64,000 nt of DNA. Source: a virus (taxonomy: Duplodnaviria > Caudoviricetes). Below, one piece after another: positions 18,542 through 28,541 of the stretch (position 1 is the first letter of the stretch; every line of letters begins with the position of its first letter). The stretch lies in the IMG/VR virus record IMGVR_UViG_3300027754_000037. One strand, 5' to 3'. A program made the translations under genes and the position numbers. Under the pieces are notes generated by a model. It was not told the origin of the DNA. It did not search any database and was given only the letters and a program-made list of their open reading frames with translations.

Positions 18542-18977
18542 CAGTTCTTCTGACAATCCATTCTTTGAAAGACTCGTTTTTGTTAAATTTTTTTCTTATT
18601 TTTGATTTGAAGTGATCCCAAACTTCACGGAATTTTGGATGAAGAGCCAAATCATCGACACTATCAAGGTCACACCAACGAGCTTCGGTATGTTCTTTTG
18701 AAATTAATGCCTTAAATGGTTTTTCAATTGCGTGAAAATAAGTTCTGAACAACTTTTTGTCATCTTTGAAGTCAAAATAACCAAATGGAATTCCTATGCT
18801 ACAACCGCACTCCTCATCTGACTCCCTATGGGCAGCTTGTTCTAAACTTTCGCTCTTTTCTAATTTGCCACCGGGAATGGTCCATGTACCGGGATGACTG
18901 TCTTTTGTGTTTCTCTTCAGTAGCAAAATTTTTTTGCCGTCTGTGAAGAGTATACCGGCGCTTAATTTTTGTTTCAT
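18528..18977 (-). CDS. Nudix hydrolase
   Basis: Nudix box GGKLEKSESLEQAAHRESDEECG. Confidence 0.9.
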   Translation of the reverse strand: MKQKLSAGILFTDGKKILLLKRNTKDSHPGTWTIPGGKLEKSESLEQAAHRESDEECGCSIGIPFGYFDFKDDKKLFRTYFHAIEKPFKALISKEHTEARWCDLDSVDDLALHPKFREVWDHFKSKIRKKFNKNESFKEWIVRRTATLF

Positions 18978-19567
18978 CCTTTTGGTCCTCTTTTCAGAGG
19001 CACAGGTTTAAGTTTTTCTGTTTGACGGTCGGGCTGTCCCTTAAGGTGATGCATAGTGTTGATCAGTTCCTTGGCAACATCGGCAGCGGAATTGCCTGTG
19101 CATTTTGACGAACTTTGAATGGCAACCGTTTTTCTTTCCCTATTATAAAAACCCTTGCTGATTACAAAACATTTATGATCTGGGTGCCATGTGACTACCC
19201 CGGCCCACTCGCCATCATCCCAGTTTCTGGAAGAAATCAACAATCTCAATGGTTTTTCGGAAAAAACATGCTTGGTGTGATAGCCGTGATTTTTGAGTGC
19301 TGCGCTGATATATCCCAAACAAATTTTAGCGAAGCCTTCCAAGGCCTCATCTCCGTTTGTTCTGTAGTTTACCTCCACGCTATATCTTGATGTTTGAACA
19401 CTTTCAACAAGTTCAGAATTCTTGTATTCCTGCATGGTCTTCATATTGCCACGCAGAGTTGCTCCGAAGAATTCAAGGCAAACCCTCAACAAGCCTTCTT
19501 TGTCAACCGTTCTAGGTTGAAATCCATCAATTTTTTGTTGATCTCGCCATGTAGAAAAATTTTTCAT
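18974..19567 (-). CDS. Hypothetical protein with capsid-targeting-like N-terminus
   Basis: MKNFSTWRD; SD GGAG; ATGA overlap with the Nudix gene. Confidence 0.75.
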   Translation of the reverse strand: MKNFSTWRDQQKIDGFQPRTVDKEGLLRVCLEFFGATLRGNMKTMQEYKNSELVESVQTSRYSVEVNYRTNGDEALEGFAKICLGYISAALKNHGYHTKHVFSEKPLRLLISSRNWDDGEWAGVVTWHPDHKCFVISKGFYNRERKTVAIQSSSKCTGNSAADVAKELINTMHHLKGQPDRQTEKLKPVPLKRGPKG

Positions 19568-19593
19568 ATTTATCTCCGATACCTATATATTGT

Positions 19594-20358
19594 ATGATGT
19601 GGATCAAATTTAGCGAATGGGTTGAATTGCGTGAGAGCTACAACGCTCCGAGAAAGGGCATGAAGTCCCGTTGGAGCACATCTTATAAAAAGAGCATTAA
19701 TTGCGGCCATCCCAAAGGTTTTAGTCAAAAAAATTATTGCAAAAGAAAAGCCCGAGGTGGACAGTACACGGAGCAGTCAACTGTCGGTACTGAAGAGGTT
19801 GACTTCTCGCAAATAGAACAAAGATATTCCAAAACCAAGATTTCCGTCATGCTGGTTAGGCTTTACGACCAAATGACCAATCAAAAGCTTCTCACAAATA
19901 TATCAACCATTGCCAACTTAAGCGGAAGCGCCTATGGAGTTTATGTAAGTAGCGAAAATAAAAAGGCGATTGGTTCTGATATTGTCAATAAAATTAAATT
20001 AATTTATCCGAACGATCCTAGCTTGGGAGAAAAACTTCAAAAGTTGCCCAAAAAAGTTTTAATGCAGTATATGCCTCACTTGGATGACAAAAAAATTGTT
20101 CCTTCAGATGTAATCCATGTCGATGTGAACAGACATCTGAGTGATTTAGGAGATTCTCCAGCAGCTATTATTGAAATAGCCAGCACAATTGTACACGAGG
20201 CAACTCATGTGTTGGAATATGAAGCCACAGGACAAACCAAGGACGGCCCAAATACAGCCGTCGAGGTTGCAGAAAGAAAATTCAAGGCTTGGGTCCAACA
20301 GAACTGGAAAATGCTTCAGCAGAAGTTTGGATTCCAAGGTGAATATCCTTTTAGATAA
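19594..20358 (+). CDS. Putative zinc metallopeptidase with basic Cys-containing N-terminal module
   Basis: IVHEATHVLE (HExxH); N-terminal WSTSYKKSINCGHPKGFSQKNYC module. Confidence 0.6.
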   Translation: MMWIKFSEWVELRESYNAPRKGMKSRWSTSYKKSINCGHPKGFSQKNYCKRKARGGQYTEQSTVGTEEVDFSQIEQRYSKTKISVMLVRLYDQMTNQKLLTNISTIANLSGSAYGVYVSSENKKAIGSDIVNKIKLIYPNDPSLGEKLQKLPKKVLMQYMPHLDDKKIVPSDVIHVDVNRHLSDLGDSPAAIIEIASTIVHEATHVLEYEATGQTKDGPNTAVEVAERKFKAWVQQNWKMLQQKFGFQGEYPFR

Positions 20359-20369
20359 GCAGGTGCAAC

Positions 20370-21077
20370 ATGGCTTTTGAATTCGTTGAATGGTTGGCAA
20401 AAAGAGATATTAGAGAAGATTTTGCAAGCAAATCTGGCGGTAAGAAAAATATTTGGATTACAATTGGTGCCGATGGCATAGAAAACGATCCTGTATTGGC
20501 CCAACAGCTTTTCCGATTGATTGATGACGCATATTCATCAATTGGAGGACATGTGGAATTCAGATCGCCGCAAGACATTGTAAATGCTTTTAAAAACCAA
20601 GATATTTCAGTAATTAAAGCAATTGATGTTGATGAAGATTCCGATCCTGACGCACTAAATGTTTACAAAAATAAAGCAGGAGGATTAAAAACAGTAGCTT
20701 CTGCTGCAAAAACAAAAAGCGATCAAGCTAAAAGTGCACTCACAACAGGCAAAAAAGCAGAATTGAATCTTCCGGGTTATTACGGCGAAGTTTCAGATAA
20801 AATTGCAAAAGTGCTTCTGGACATAGGTGTTCCTGTCGTTGAAGATGAGGCAACAGTCAGAAAAGTTTTGCAAAAAGATATCATTTGGTATGGAGAGAAT
20901 CCACAACTATCCTCTTTGCCTGAAAGAGTCCAACAAACCTTTGGAAAATACAAGGGTTGGTACGGAAGACAATTGAGAGATGGAAAGGCTCATGTAAAAA
21001 TAATGGTTGGAAAACCAATTGTTCCTCAACAAAAACAAGATTTGGCTACGCCTGTAAATAAAGAAATTATTCAGTAA
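20370..21077 (+). CDS. Hypothetical protein with capsid-targeting-like N-terminus
   Basis: MAFEFVEWLAKRDIRE; SD GCAGGT. Confidence 0.75.
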   Translation: MAFEFVEWLAKRDIREDFASKSGGKKNIWITIGADGIENDPVLAQQLFRLIDDAYSSIGGHVEFRSPQDIVNAFKNQDISVIKAIDVDEDSDPDALNVYKNKAGGLKTVASAAKTKSDQAKSALTTGKKAELNLPGYYGEVSDKIAKVLLDIGVPVVEDEATVRKVLQKDIIWYGENPQLSSLPERVQQTFGKYKGWYGRQLRDGKAHVKIMVGKPIVPQQKQDLATPVNKEIIQ

Positions 21078-21137
21078 AAAGTTTTTCTTGCAAATAAGTT
21101 CTCTTGTTCGATAACAAGAGACCTTATAGCATAAATA

Positions 21138-22040
21138 TTACATCATTTTAATGGGTAAAATATCTCCAAAGCGTGTTAAAAGTGCGTCTTGCCAATCTTT
21201 CTTTTCTTGGAGGCCTTCTGCCAATATGGTTGCGCCATCCAGTTGTACTCCACCATTAGGTCCGGGTGGATTGCCAATTCTGCTTCGTATTCTTCCTAAA
21301 ATGATCTTGGCGAATGCTAAAGCTCCTTCTTGCATGGCTTGAGTGACAATCCTGAAGTCCGGTCTTCTCGGCAGATATCTTACGGCAACAGGGTAATTTC
21401 TGTATGGAATAGGATAAATTTTGATGTGTTCAAAACCACCTAAAAATTCCCAACCACCTTGTTGTCCAGATACACGGTTGTACATATCCTCATATTGTTT
21501 GTAGAGCACCCAATCAGACATTTTGCCCCAGACGGGTTGCTGAGGATTGATACCGCCAGCAATCGAGCCGTATGCGCCAGCGCCCATGTATTCCAAAGGA
21601 ATTACACCACCCAAGTCAGAAGCTGAAAAAGCATAGTTGGCAGTTTCTTTGTAGGAAATCTGGCGTATAAAACCAACATCATTGGGCATTTTATAAACAC
21701 TTTGACCGGGAGTCGTATAAAAAGTGTAGTATTGGAAGTATTCTGCCGGGGCATAATCCTCAAATATTTGCAGGGCAAAATCAATACAGTTTTCAACTTG
21801 TTGGTCATCCAACTCTAGAGGTAAAACGGGAGCTCCGAGCATAGTCAGAACATATTCTTTGATTTGGCCACGAACTTTTTCCCTGTTTTTTCTTGGACCA
21901 ATCTTTTCCAAGGTATCTGTTGGTCCGAGGCTGGTGCTGCAACCCTGTCCACAAGATAATTGGTTGTATTGATCTTTTGTTGGTCTTGGAATGTAAAGCG
22001 TATTGCTTGCCATAGTATCCTTTGTAAAAACGAAATCCAT
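21138..22040 (-). CDS. Neck protein, T4 gp13-like
   Basis: LGAPVLPLELDDQQVENCIDFALQIFEDY resembles the gp13 N-terminus; GGVQLDGATILAEG C-terminal motif. Confidence 0.8.
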   Translation of the reverse strand: MDFVFTKDTMASNTLYIPRPTKDQYNQLSCGQGCSTSLGPTDTLEKIGPRKNREKVRGQIKEYVLTMLGAPVLPLELDDQQVENCIDFALQIFEDYAPAEYFQYYTFYTTPGQSVYKMPNDVGFIRQISYKETANYAFSASDLGGVIPLEYMGAGAYGSIAGGINPQQPVWGKMSDWVLYKQYEDMYNRVSGQQGGWEFLGGFEHIKIYPIPYRNYPVAVRYLPRRPDFRIVTQAMQEGALAFAKIILGRIRSRIGNPPGPNGGVQLDGATILAEGLQEKKDWQDALLTRFGDILPIKMM

Positions 22041-22105
22041 TTCCCTTATATATTCTTGGTAAAAAAGATATATATTTTATTAAAGAATTAGTGCAAAAGG
22101 TTGAA

Positions 22106-24706
22106 ATGTACCAAAGTTTCAAAGAATTTTTGTGGAAAACTGCGGATGAGATGCCGGACAGATCATTTTCATTCCATCAAAAAAACTATTTTCGCAACCT
22201 TTTTGAAATGGCAGAGGAAGGAGATCGAATCAGATTTCCTGTGCACATTGATGAAGAAGATTTAAAATTTCTGAAACAGTTTGACGAAATTTATTGGCCA
22301 AGTGCTCTTTATCAACGCTACCAGATGCTTTTTGGTGAAATTGAAAAGATGCACAATAGTCGCATGGAAGCTGGAATGGGTAGTCTCAAGGACGAGATTT
22401 TAAAAGCAATCAAAACTCAAAACTGGAACAAACTTAAAGAGTTAGAAAGTCATTTGGTGCTTCCAGATTTAACTATAGATCGTCTGAAGAGAGATTACTC
22501 TAATCATTCAAAAAACGACGATGAGCTTAATGATATTGCTGACAAGATGTCCACCAAGCACATGAAGGAACAAGATTACTTTGTTGGCGATCCAGCAACA
22601 GCGGCATTTAGATTTCCCAAGTTCATCAAAAACAAGCAGGGCAAGTTGAAATTCATCAACAGAGCCAAAGAAAAAGTTGAGGTTGTCGCCAAGCCCTACT
22701 TAAATCGACTGTATCATAGGCTTGAAAGAAGTTATGGGCATCCACATTCAGAGGATAGCGGATTAGAGGGCTCAGGCAGGTATGGTTTCGATATGGCGCA
22801 CCCTGTTCGAGCTATTCCCACACCGGAAGGCTTGGAGCTACCTCATACTACTGCTGGTATGAAATTCCCCACTTACAAACAAATTGCAGACAGGATGCAA
22901 GATTTCTTGGCTCACAATTCACACCGTACATTTGGAGAAATCAAAGGTGATGGCTTAATTTGGAAAAAAGTACAGAACAGAGAAGACACAGAAACAGCAG
23001 GATTTTATCTCAAAAAATTTGAAAAACAGTTTTATAATCAAAACAAAAACAATTCAGCGGAGTTTGCAACCAAAGACGCAGTCCTTAAGGCTGCTCGCAT
23101 CCATGCGAAAAAACAAGTTATCAAAATGGCCAAGAAAAAAGAGCTTCTTGGTCCTCCTGTTCCGGGTGTCGATGAAAGAGGAAGGCCTAGTCGCAGCAAA
23201 ACAACTCGATTTCCCGTAAAGGTTGCTAAAAATGTTGATGGGCAAGAAGTCCTAGTAAATCCCCCTCTGTTTCTGCCTTACAAAAAAGAAATCGTCAATG
23301 GCAAGGAAAAATTAGTTCCTACTGTAAATCCAGCTTTCTTTTATCGTGAATTGGGCACAGACGAAAATGATTTTAAGAAAGAGAGAGTCAAGGACAAAGA
23401 TGGCAACTATATTGTCAGAAATGCCACAGATGAAAACGGCAAGTCTATTTGGAACATTCCTCATGAAATGAGACTTGGACATGAAGGAAAATATGTAAAA
23501 GTTAATGACGATGAATTCAAATATGGCAAAGAAGTACAAAAAGATGGTTCTATAGATTTCAATCACAATAGTGAATCTTTGCACCACTATATTCCCGGCA
23601 CCGAAGAATACGAGAAAGTTTTCAGCGACATATTTGCCAATCAAAAGCAAGTTGATATGGCTCACAACAAGACTGATGGTCACCATCTAGTGGATAGCGA
23701 AGATTCTGGCATGACTGAAGACATTATGCGTGGAATTTTAAACTGTATCAGGATGGCATCTTGCGGAGAAAAAACAGACTTTGAGAAGTCCAAGATGCTT
23801 CAGAGCGTTGATTTGATTTACCAGATTGTTTTCAACACTATGATTATGGACCTGAGAAAGCATCAAATTGGCAACCTTGATAGCAAAAGAGGCAGAAGAG
23901 AATATGCTCGTCATAAAGCTTCAATGTATGCGCAATATGATTTAGGTGGTGGTTCAAGAAGATTGAGAGCATTGACTCCTGCTGCCCGTAGGAGGCACAG
24001 GAGTAATCCCAGAGCAGGAATCCGCAATATTCCAGCTAATCTTGAAGAATATCGTAACCTTAAAGCCAAATTATATTCCTTGCGTAGCAAGGCTTTGAGA
24101 ACAGATCAAGAGGTTGTCAGCACTATTCAAACTGGCAAAACAAATCTGACGCAAGGTTCTTTGAATGCAATGATCAACGCTCTCAAAGGCCGATATGATG
24201 TGGCCAACGAATTGCAAACCATGTTGGTTAACATACACTCTCAACACAAAGATCAGAGCAGCACAGAATCCTCAGAAGATTGGGCAAACAGTCAAATCAG
24301 ATCGTGGGCAGAAGACAACTACAATTCAAACATGATGTTGCAACAGTTCCAACAACTGCCAATTGTGCGAAAAGCTTTAGCAAATGAAGGTCAAGTAGCT
24401 CCTACTTCTCAAGAGCGTCCCGGCGAAGCTGCTGCTCCTGTAGTTGCTGGCGCTGCTCCTGTGTCCAAAATGGGGCCAAAACCAGAGGGTCAAGAATGGT
24501 TTCAATTTTTCCAACAAGGCACTCCTCAAAGCATCTTCCATCTTACTCAGGACGACAATTTCCATCGACAAGCCAGCAACAATTTGCTAACAGCCGTAAA
24601 AAGTCGAATAGAGAAAAACTCTAGTAAGTACAACCCTGACGATTACAGGGCTGCAATTGATAGAGTTGAAGCCACCATGCGTCAAAGAGGCATAAGAATA
24701 AGGTGA
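22106..24706 (+). CDS. Large hypothetical protein, probable internal head/ejection protein
   Basis: MYQSFKEFLW at ATG 22106 (SD AAGG); about 866 aa. Confidence 0.8.
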   Translation: MYQSFKEFLWKTADEMPDRSFSFHQKNYFRNLFEMAEEGDRIRFPVHIDEEDLKFLKQFDEIYWPSALYQRYQMLFGEIEKMHNSRMEAGMGSLKDEILKAIKTQNWNKLKELESHLVLPDLTIDRLKRDYSNHSKNDDELNDIADKMSTKHMKEQDYFVGDPATAAFRFPKFIKNKQGKLKFINRAKEKVEVVAKPYLNRLYHRLERSYGHPHSEDSGLEGSGRYGFDMAHPVRAIPTPEGLELPHTTAGMKFPTYKQIADRMQDFLAHNSHRTFGEIKGDGLIWKKVQNREDTETAGFYLKKFEKQFYNQNKNNSAEFATKDAVLKAARIHAKKQVIKMAKKKELLGPPVPGVDERGRPSRSKTTRFPVKVAKNVDGQEVLVNPPLFLPYKKEIVNGKEKLVPTVNPAFFYRELGTDENDFKKERVKDKDGNYIVRNATDENGKSIWNIPHEMRLGHEGKYVKVNDDEFKYGKEVQKDGSIDFNHNSESLHHYIPGTEEYEKVFSDIFANQKQVDMAHNKTDGHHLVDSEDSGMTEDIMRGILNCIRMASCGEKTDFEKSKMLQSVDLIYQIVFNTMIMDLRKHQIGNLDSKRGRREYARHKASMYAQYDLGGGSRRLRALTPAARRRHRSNPRAGIRNIPANLEEYRNLKAKLYSLRSKALRTDQEVVSTIQTGKTNLTQGSLNAMINALKGRYDVANELQTMLVNIHSQHKDQSSTESSEDWANSQIRSWAEDNYNSNMMLQQFQQLPIVRKALANEGQVAPTSQERPGEAAAPVVAGAAPVSKMGPKPEGQEWFQFFQQGTPQSIFHLTQDDNFHRQASNNLLTAVKSRIEKNSSKYNPDDYRAAIDRVEATMRQRGIRIR

Positions 24707-24709
24707 AAA

Positions 24710-24976
24710 ATGGCTAGTTGGATGGACTACATGATGAATCCTAGGACTCATCATTTAAAAAAAGCGATGTATGAAATACTGAAGGAACGATATGGACCAC
24801 ATGACCAGATACTCGAAAGAGTTTCATCGTCTTTGGTGACTGAATCTGATATTCAGGATTTTTTTAAATTAATTACTTCCATTTATGAAACAGCTTATTT
24901 AAAAGCCGTAAATGATCACTCGGATGCTTTGACTAAATTGGGATTACATGCTAAAGTGGTATCGGACAAAAACTAG
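24710..24976 (+). CDS. Hypothetical protein
   Basis: 88 aa, SD AAGGTG. Confidence 0.75.
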   Translation: MASWMDYMMNPRTHHLKKAMYEILKERYGPHDQILERVSSSLVTESDIQDFFKLITSIYETAYLKAVNDHSDALTKLGLHAKVVSDKN

Positions 24977-25620
24977 GATTCAAAGCTTGGTTGATAGTCT
25001 GATGGGATCGATTCTATCAAAAAACCACCTTCCTTGGGTTCTATATTTTTTACTTTCCACCATCTTTTGAACATGGTTTTAGGGTACAGAATCGACCCCA
25101 AGGTAACTTTGTTGACATCTGTCCATACAACTAATTTGAAATCTTCCTGAACCAAGACAACACCTTCAAATGAAGATGGAGATCCATATTGAACAGTCTT
25201 TTGGGCTTCGCCATAAAGGCTGTCTATTTTAGTTCTGATTGTTGCAGGCAAAAAGTGGATGAAATTTTTTTCAATCTCTGGCTTTTGGTCTTCTTCTTTT
25301 CTTTTAAGGTCTTCTTGAATAACTGTTTTTCTTTCAAATTTTTCTGCCTCGGGGGGATCTGGCGATTTTTGCAATGGGACTTTATCTGTTTTTGGGACAA
25401 CGATTTTGATTTCGGGTTTTGTTTTTTCTAATTCTGTAACAAAGTTATCTTTAAGATCAAAATCAGACTTCTTGGGGATAACTACTGTGTTATCTTCTTT
25501 GGTTTCTGTGTCCCAACTCATGTTGTGAACCGTGAAACCATCCCAAACATCTTGCGTTTCCATAGCTGGGTTTGGGCCAAAAAGTTTGTATACACTACCG
25601 TCTTTATTGTAGAGTGTCAT
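24973..25620 (-). CDS. Putative second gp14-like head-completion protein
   Basis: N-terminus NKDGSVYKL mirrors NLDGSPYSL of 27563; C-terminal DSLYGE...LGSILYP...WWKV parallels the gp14-like barrel. Confidence 0.45.
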   Translation of the reverse strand: MTLYNKDGSVYKLFGPNPAMETQDVWDGFTVHNMSWDTETKEDNTVVIPKKSDFDLKDNFVTELEKTKPEIKIVVPKTDKVPLQKSPDPPEAEKFERKTVIQEDLKRKEEDQKPEIEKNFIHFLPATIRTKIDSLYGEAQKTVQYGSPSSFEGVVLVQEDFKLVVWTDVNKVTLGSILYPKTMFKRWWKVKNIEPKEGGFLIESIPSDYQPSFES

Positions 25621-25657
25621 ACTATTATATAGTTATGCTTTAGGAGTAAAAGAAACG

Positions 25658-26080
25658 ATGGCCTTAGTCGTACCAAATAACGCCGATGTGCTGATGTTGA
25701 AATACATCTTGAATCAACTAACAACGGAAGGTAGCCCCGGCGGGGCTGGTGGACAAAGGATATTGAAGCTTTTTTCCAATGGCAATTTAAATCCAGCGAA
25801 AAATACTGCAATTGCAGATATTACAGAACTTTCACATCCTGACTATACGCAAAAAACACTCTTTGGAGCAAGCTGGACTATTGCAACATCAACGGCTGGC
25901 ACAAATACGGCTGTTTATAGTGAGCAGGTTTTCAATTTTTCTTCAGGAGTAAGTGTCTACGGCTACTATGTTACTAATGCTACAGGTTCTTTGTTATGGG
26001 TGGAAAGATTTTCCACGACTCCGTTCGTTCTTACCGGTGCGGGCGAGATCGCAGTAACCCCACGATTAACTTTGGATTGA
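25658..26080 (+). CDS. Putative tail/baseplate structural protein
   Basis: LKLFSN...AVYSEQVF...VYGYYVT...LLWVERF pattern typical of myophage tail-associated proteins; SD GGAG. Confidence 0.6.
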   Translation: MALVVPNNADVLMLKYILNQLTTEGSPGGAGGQRILKLFSNGNLNPAKNTAIADITELSHPDYTQKTLFGASWTIATSTAGTNTAVYSEQVFNFSSGVSVYGYYVTNATGSLLWVERFSTTPFVLTGAGEIAVTPRLTLD

Positions 26081-26104
26081 AAATTATTACACATTAAAAT
26101 CACT

Positions 26105-26140
26105 AAGCCCATTTTCTTTAAGAAGATGGGCTTTTTTTTT
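26105..26140 (+). terminator. Intrinsic terminator
   Basis: aagcccat...atgggctt stem followed by a long T run. Confidence 0.8.
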
Positions 26141-26183
26141 GTGAAAAATGAATTATAAACATAAATAAAAAAAGAGGTATATC

Positions 26184-27563
26184 ATGAGCGATTTAAGTTT
26201 TAGAGAATGGCTGTATGCTGAAGAATTAGAAGACATGGGCTCAACATCGTCTGATCCTGTTTCTAATACTTCTTCTTCTAGTTTGATACCTGTGCGTAAA
26301 AGAACTGGAAGGACTAGTAGTTCAGAAACAGAACCTGTTGCAGAGCCAGCAGGTTACACTAGATGGGAAAAACCCGGAGGTGGCTTGTATGAACCTCCCA
26401 ATAAAAAGTTTGGTTTCTCTGGAAAAGAACCCAGAGAATACAGACGAGTCAGTAAGAACTTAGGTTCCTACGAAGCCGATCCTGCTCACAACAATATATT
26501 GAAAGAAATTCTTGGATTCACTCCAGTAAGTGGCAAGTCATGGACCAAGGAAATCGGAGGTTTTCTCTTGTTCAAATTTAATAACACTAAAGACAAGAAT
26601 GAAGTAAATCAAAAAATAAACACAGCAATAAATGATTTTGTTGTGCATTACAATAATCCAAAATTCGGCTCAATATTTGCTGATGATGAAGGCAACAAGT
26701 CTTTTGTAAGCTTCAAAGACAAAATTGAAGCAACGGAAACTCCTATTGAAAAATCAAATATTGTCAAGTCTGCTATTAGAAAAATAGTTAGCCAATTGAT
26801 TGGCATAGATGCAAAAGAGACTGGCAAAATGCATCGTGCAAGACTACCGCAAAAGGTTTTAGGTCGTAGAACTGGAACTCCTGTTCGGCAACTTACAATC
26901 GACGATTTGGAGAGTTCGGTTGGCACTCCCGATTATGAGAACCTGTTGCGTCAGATGGACCCAGCTACGGGAGGCAAAAGAGCAGCCCGAGACTGGATGG
27001 GCAACAGATATGCGACCGAAAAGGTTGCAAAAGCCTTAAAGGGAGACCCCACTAAAGCTGTGAAATTGATGTCGCAAATCTTGGGCAGAGAAACCACTCC
27101 TGAAGAAATCAATCAGATGAGAAAAGATTTGGAAGCCCAAGGATTTTCTTTACCACAAAGAATTTTTGATCTAGCAGGACAAGCAACTCCAGAGACGCAA
27201 GCTTTCATGCGAGATGCTAAAGATTATATTGCCAAAGAGCTCATGGATGAACTGCATCGCAAACAGACGACAAGAAGTCGTGGTCCTCAAACTGGAGCAG
27301 GTGCAAAAATTCAAAAAGTTGCAATTGAAATGTTGGATGATTTTATCGCTGGCAAGGAAATCACAAACACCATTAAAGACAAATATCCAGAAATCACAAA
27401 TCCGAGCAGGGTTCTCGACGCAATTAGATCGGCAACTAGAAAAGTTGTCGATGAATATGGCACAGAAGAACAAAAGCGTATGTTCCAAGCATACACAAGC
27501 AGGATTGAGAGAGGCAAACTTCAGGCAAGAGCCAACAGAGCAAGACCTACAGAGGATAGTTAA
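26184..27563 (+). CDS. Hypothetical protein with capsid-targeting-like N-terminus and sigma-70-like C-terminal motifs
   Basis: MSDLSFREWLYAEE; SRVLDAIRSATRKV resembles sigma region 4.2; SD AGAGGT. Confidence 0.7.
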   Translation: MSDLSFREWLYAEELEDMGSTSSDPVSNTSSSSLIPVRKRTGRTSSSETEPVAEPAGYTRWEKPGGGLYEPPNKKFGFSGKEPREYRRVSKNLGSYEADPAHNNILKEILGFTPVSGKSWTKEIGGFLLFKFNNTKDKNEVNQKINTAINDFVVHYNNPKFGSIFADDEGNKSFVSFKDKIEATETPIEKSNIVKSAIRKIVSQLIGIDAKETGKMHRARLPQKVLGRRTGTPVRQLTIDDLESSVGTPDYENLLRQMDPATGGKRAARDWMGNRYATEKVAKALKGDPTKAVKLMSQILGRETTPEEINQMRKDLEAQGFSLPQRIFDLAGQATPETQAFMRDAKDYIAKELMDELHRKQTTRSRGPQTGAGAKIQKVAIEMLDDFIAGKEITNTIKDKYPEITNPSRVLDAIRSATRKVVDEYGTEEQKRMFQAYTSRIERGKLQARANRARPTEDS

Positions 27564-28105
27564 TGCCTATAAAGAATTTGGACGGGAGTCCATATAGTCT
27601 TAGAGGCAGCGTTCAAATGTACGATCCTTTAGATCGTACATTTGATCTTTTCAATTTATGGGATCAAGAAGCAATTAGAAGGGGTGGATCGCCAATTTAC
27701 TACTATGAAGTAGTAATTACGCAAAACATGATTGATCCGATATATTTAGAAGCACGCAATAAGCTGTTTTCAAATAATCCCGTACAACTGTGGTGTACAT
27801 ATGATCCAATTCCGAGTCAAAACTTGGTAAATCAGTTTGGCATAGATGCACCGGATGAAATGAAATTTGAATTGAATTATCGTTCAGTTCTTCAAAGTCT
27901 TGGACATCCACCAAAGATTGGTTCTAGGCTTTTTACTCCTCATCTGCGTGAAAACTGGGTGATTGTGCAGCGCAACTTGGGCGAATTCAAAATGTGGGGA
28001 GTTTTGAGAATAGAGCTTATTTGTCAAAGGTTTCAAGAGGATGTGGTTACTGGAGATGGAAAAGTTACGCAGAAGCAACCGGACCTTAAAATCAAGATCG
28101 TATGA
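27563..28105 (+). CDS. Neck/head-completion protein, T4 gp14-like
   Basis: DPIYLEARNK, QFGIDAPDEMKF motifs; located next to the gp15-like and sheath genes. Confidence 0.7.
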   Translation: MPIKNLDGSPYSLRGSVQMYDPLDRTFDLFNLWDQEAIRRGGSPIYYYEVVITQNMIDPIYLEARNKLFSNNPVQLWCTYDPIPSQNLVNQFGIDAPDEMKFELNYRSVLQSLGHPPKIGSRLFTPHLRENWVIVQRNLGEFKMWGVLRIELICQRFQEDVVTGDGKVTQKQPDLKIKIV

Positions 28106-28115
28106 GGAAAATCCT

Positions 28116-28541
28116 ATGAAGACATTTTATGAATTTTTAAAACAAATGTGGAACGAGCAAGTTCCTGTTCAAAACGCCCCTGTGGCTGGACAACCTCAAG
28201 GAGCACAGCCTGCTACTGCTGCGCCTCCCGGTCAACAAGGTGCGCAACAGCAACAAGCCGGAGGCAGAGGGGTATCTCCAGCAGTTCCGCCTCCAGATAA
28301 GGCGTTTAACGATATTCTAACAACCGCAGCTAAAAATAAAGATTTCGTAACTGCTTTGACGCAAAATGCTTCCAAGGTAACTGATCCCAACATGAAAAAG
28401 TTTTTGACATCATTTGCTCAAAGCTTGAATAACTCACAACAAGCTGCTAAATCCGGCGGTCAAGCACAACAGGCTCAACAAGGCCAAGCTGCTCCACAAG
28501 CTGGTGGTGCTGGCATGGCTGGAGGAGCTCCTACTGCTTGA
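28116..28541 (+). CDS. Q/A/G/P-rich protein with capsid-targeting-like N-terminus
   Basis: MKTFYEFLKQMWNE at ATG 28116, SD GAGGA. Confidence 0.8.
   Translation: MKTFYEFLKQMWNEQVPVQNAPVAGQPQGAQPATAAPPGQQGAQQQQAGGRGVSPAVPPPDKAFNDILTTAAKNKDFVTALTQNASKVTDPNMKKFLTSFAQSLNNSQQAAKSGGQAQQAQQGQAAPQAGGAGMAGGAPTA

Noticed and set aside
21124-21140. CATAAATA at about 21130 on the plus strand
   Set aside because: Points into the 3' end of an oppositely oriented gene with no ORF to serve; likely a chance match in AT-rich DNA.
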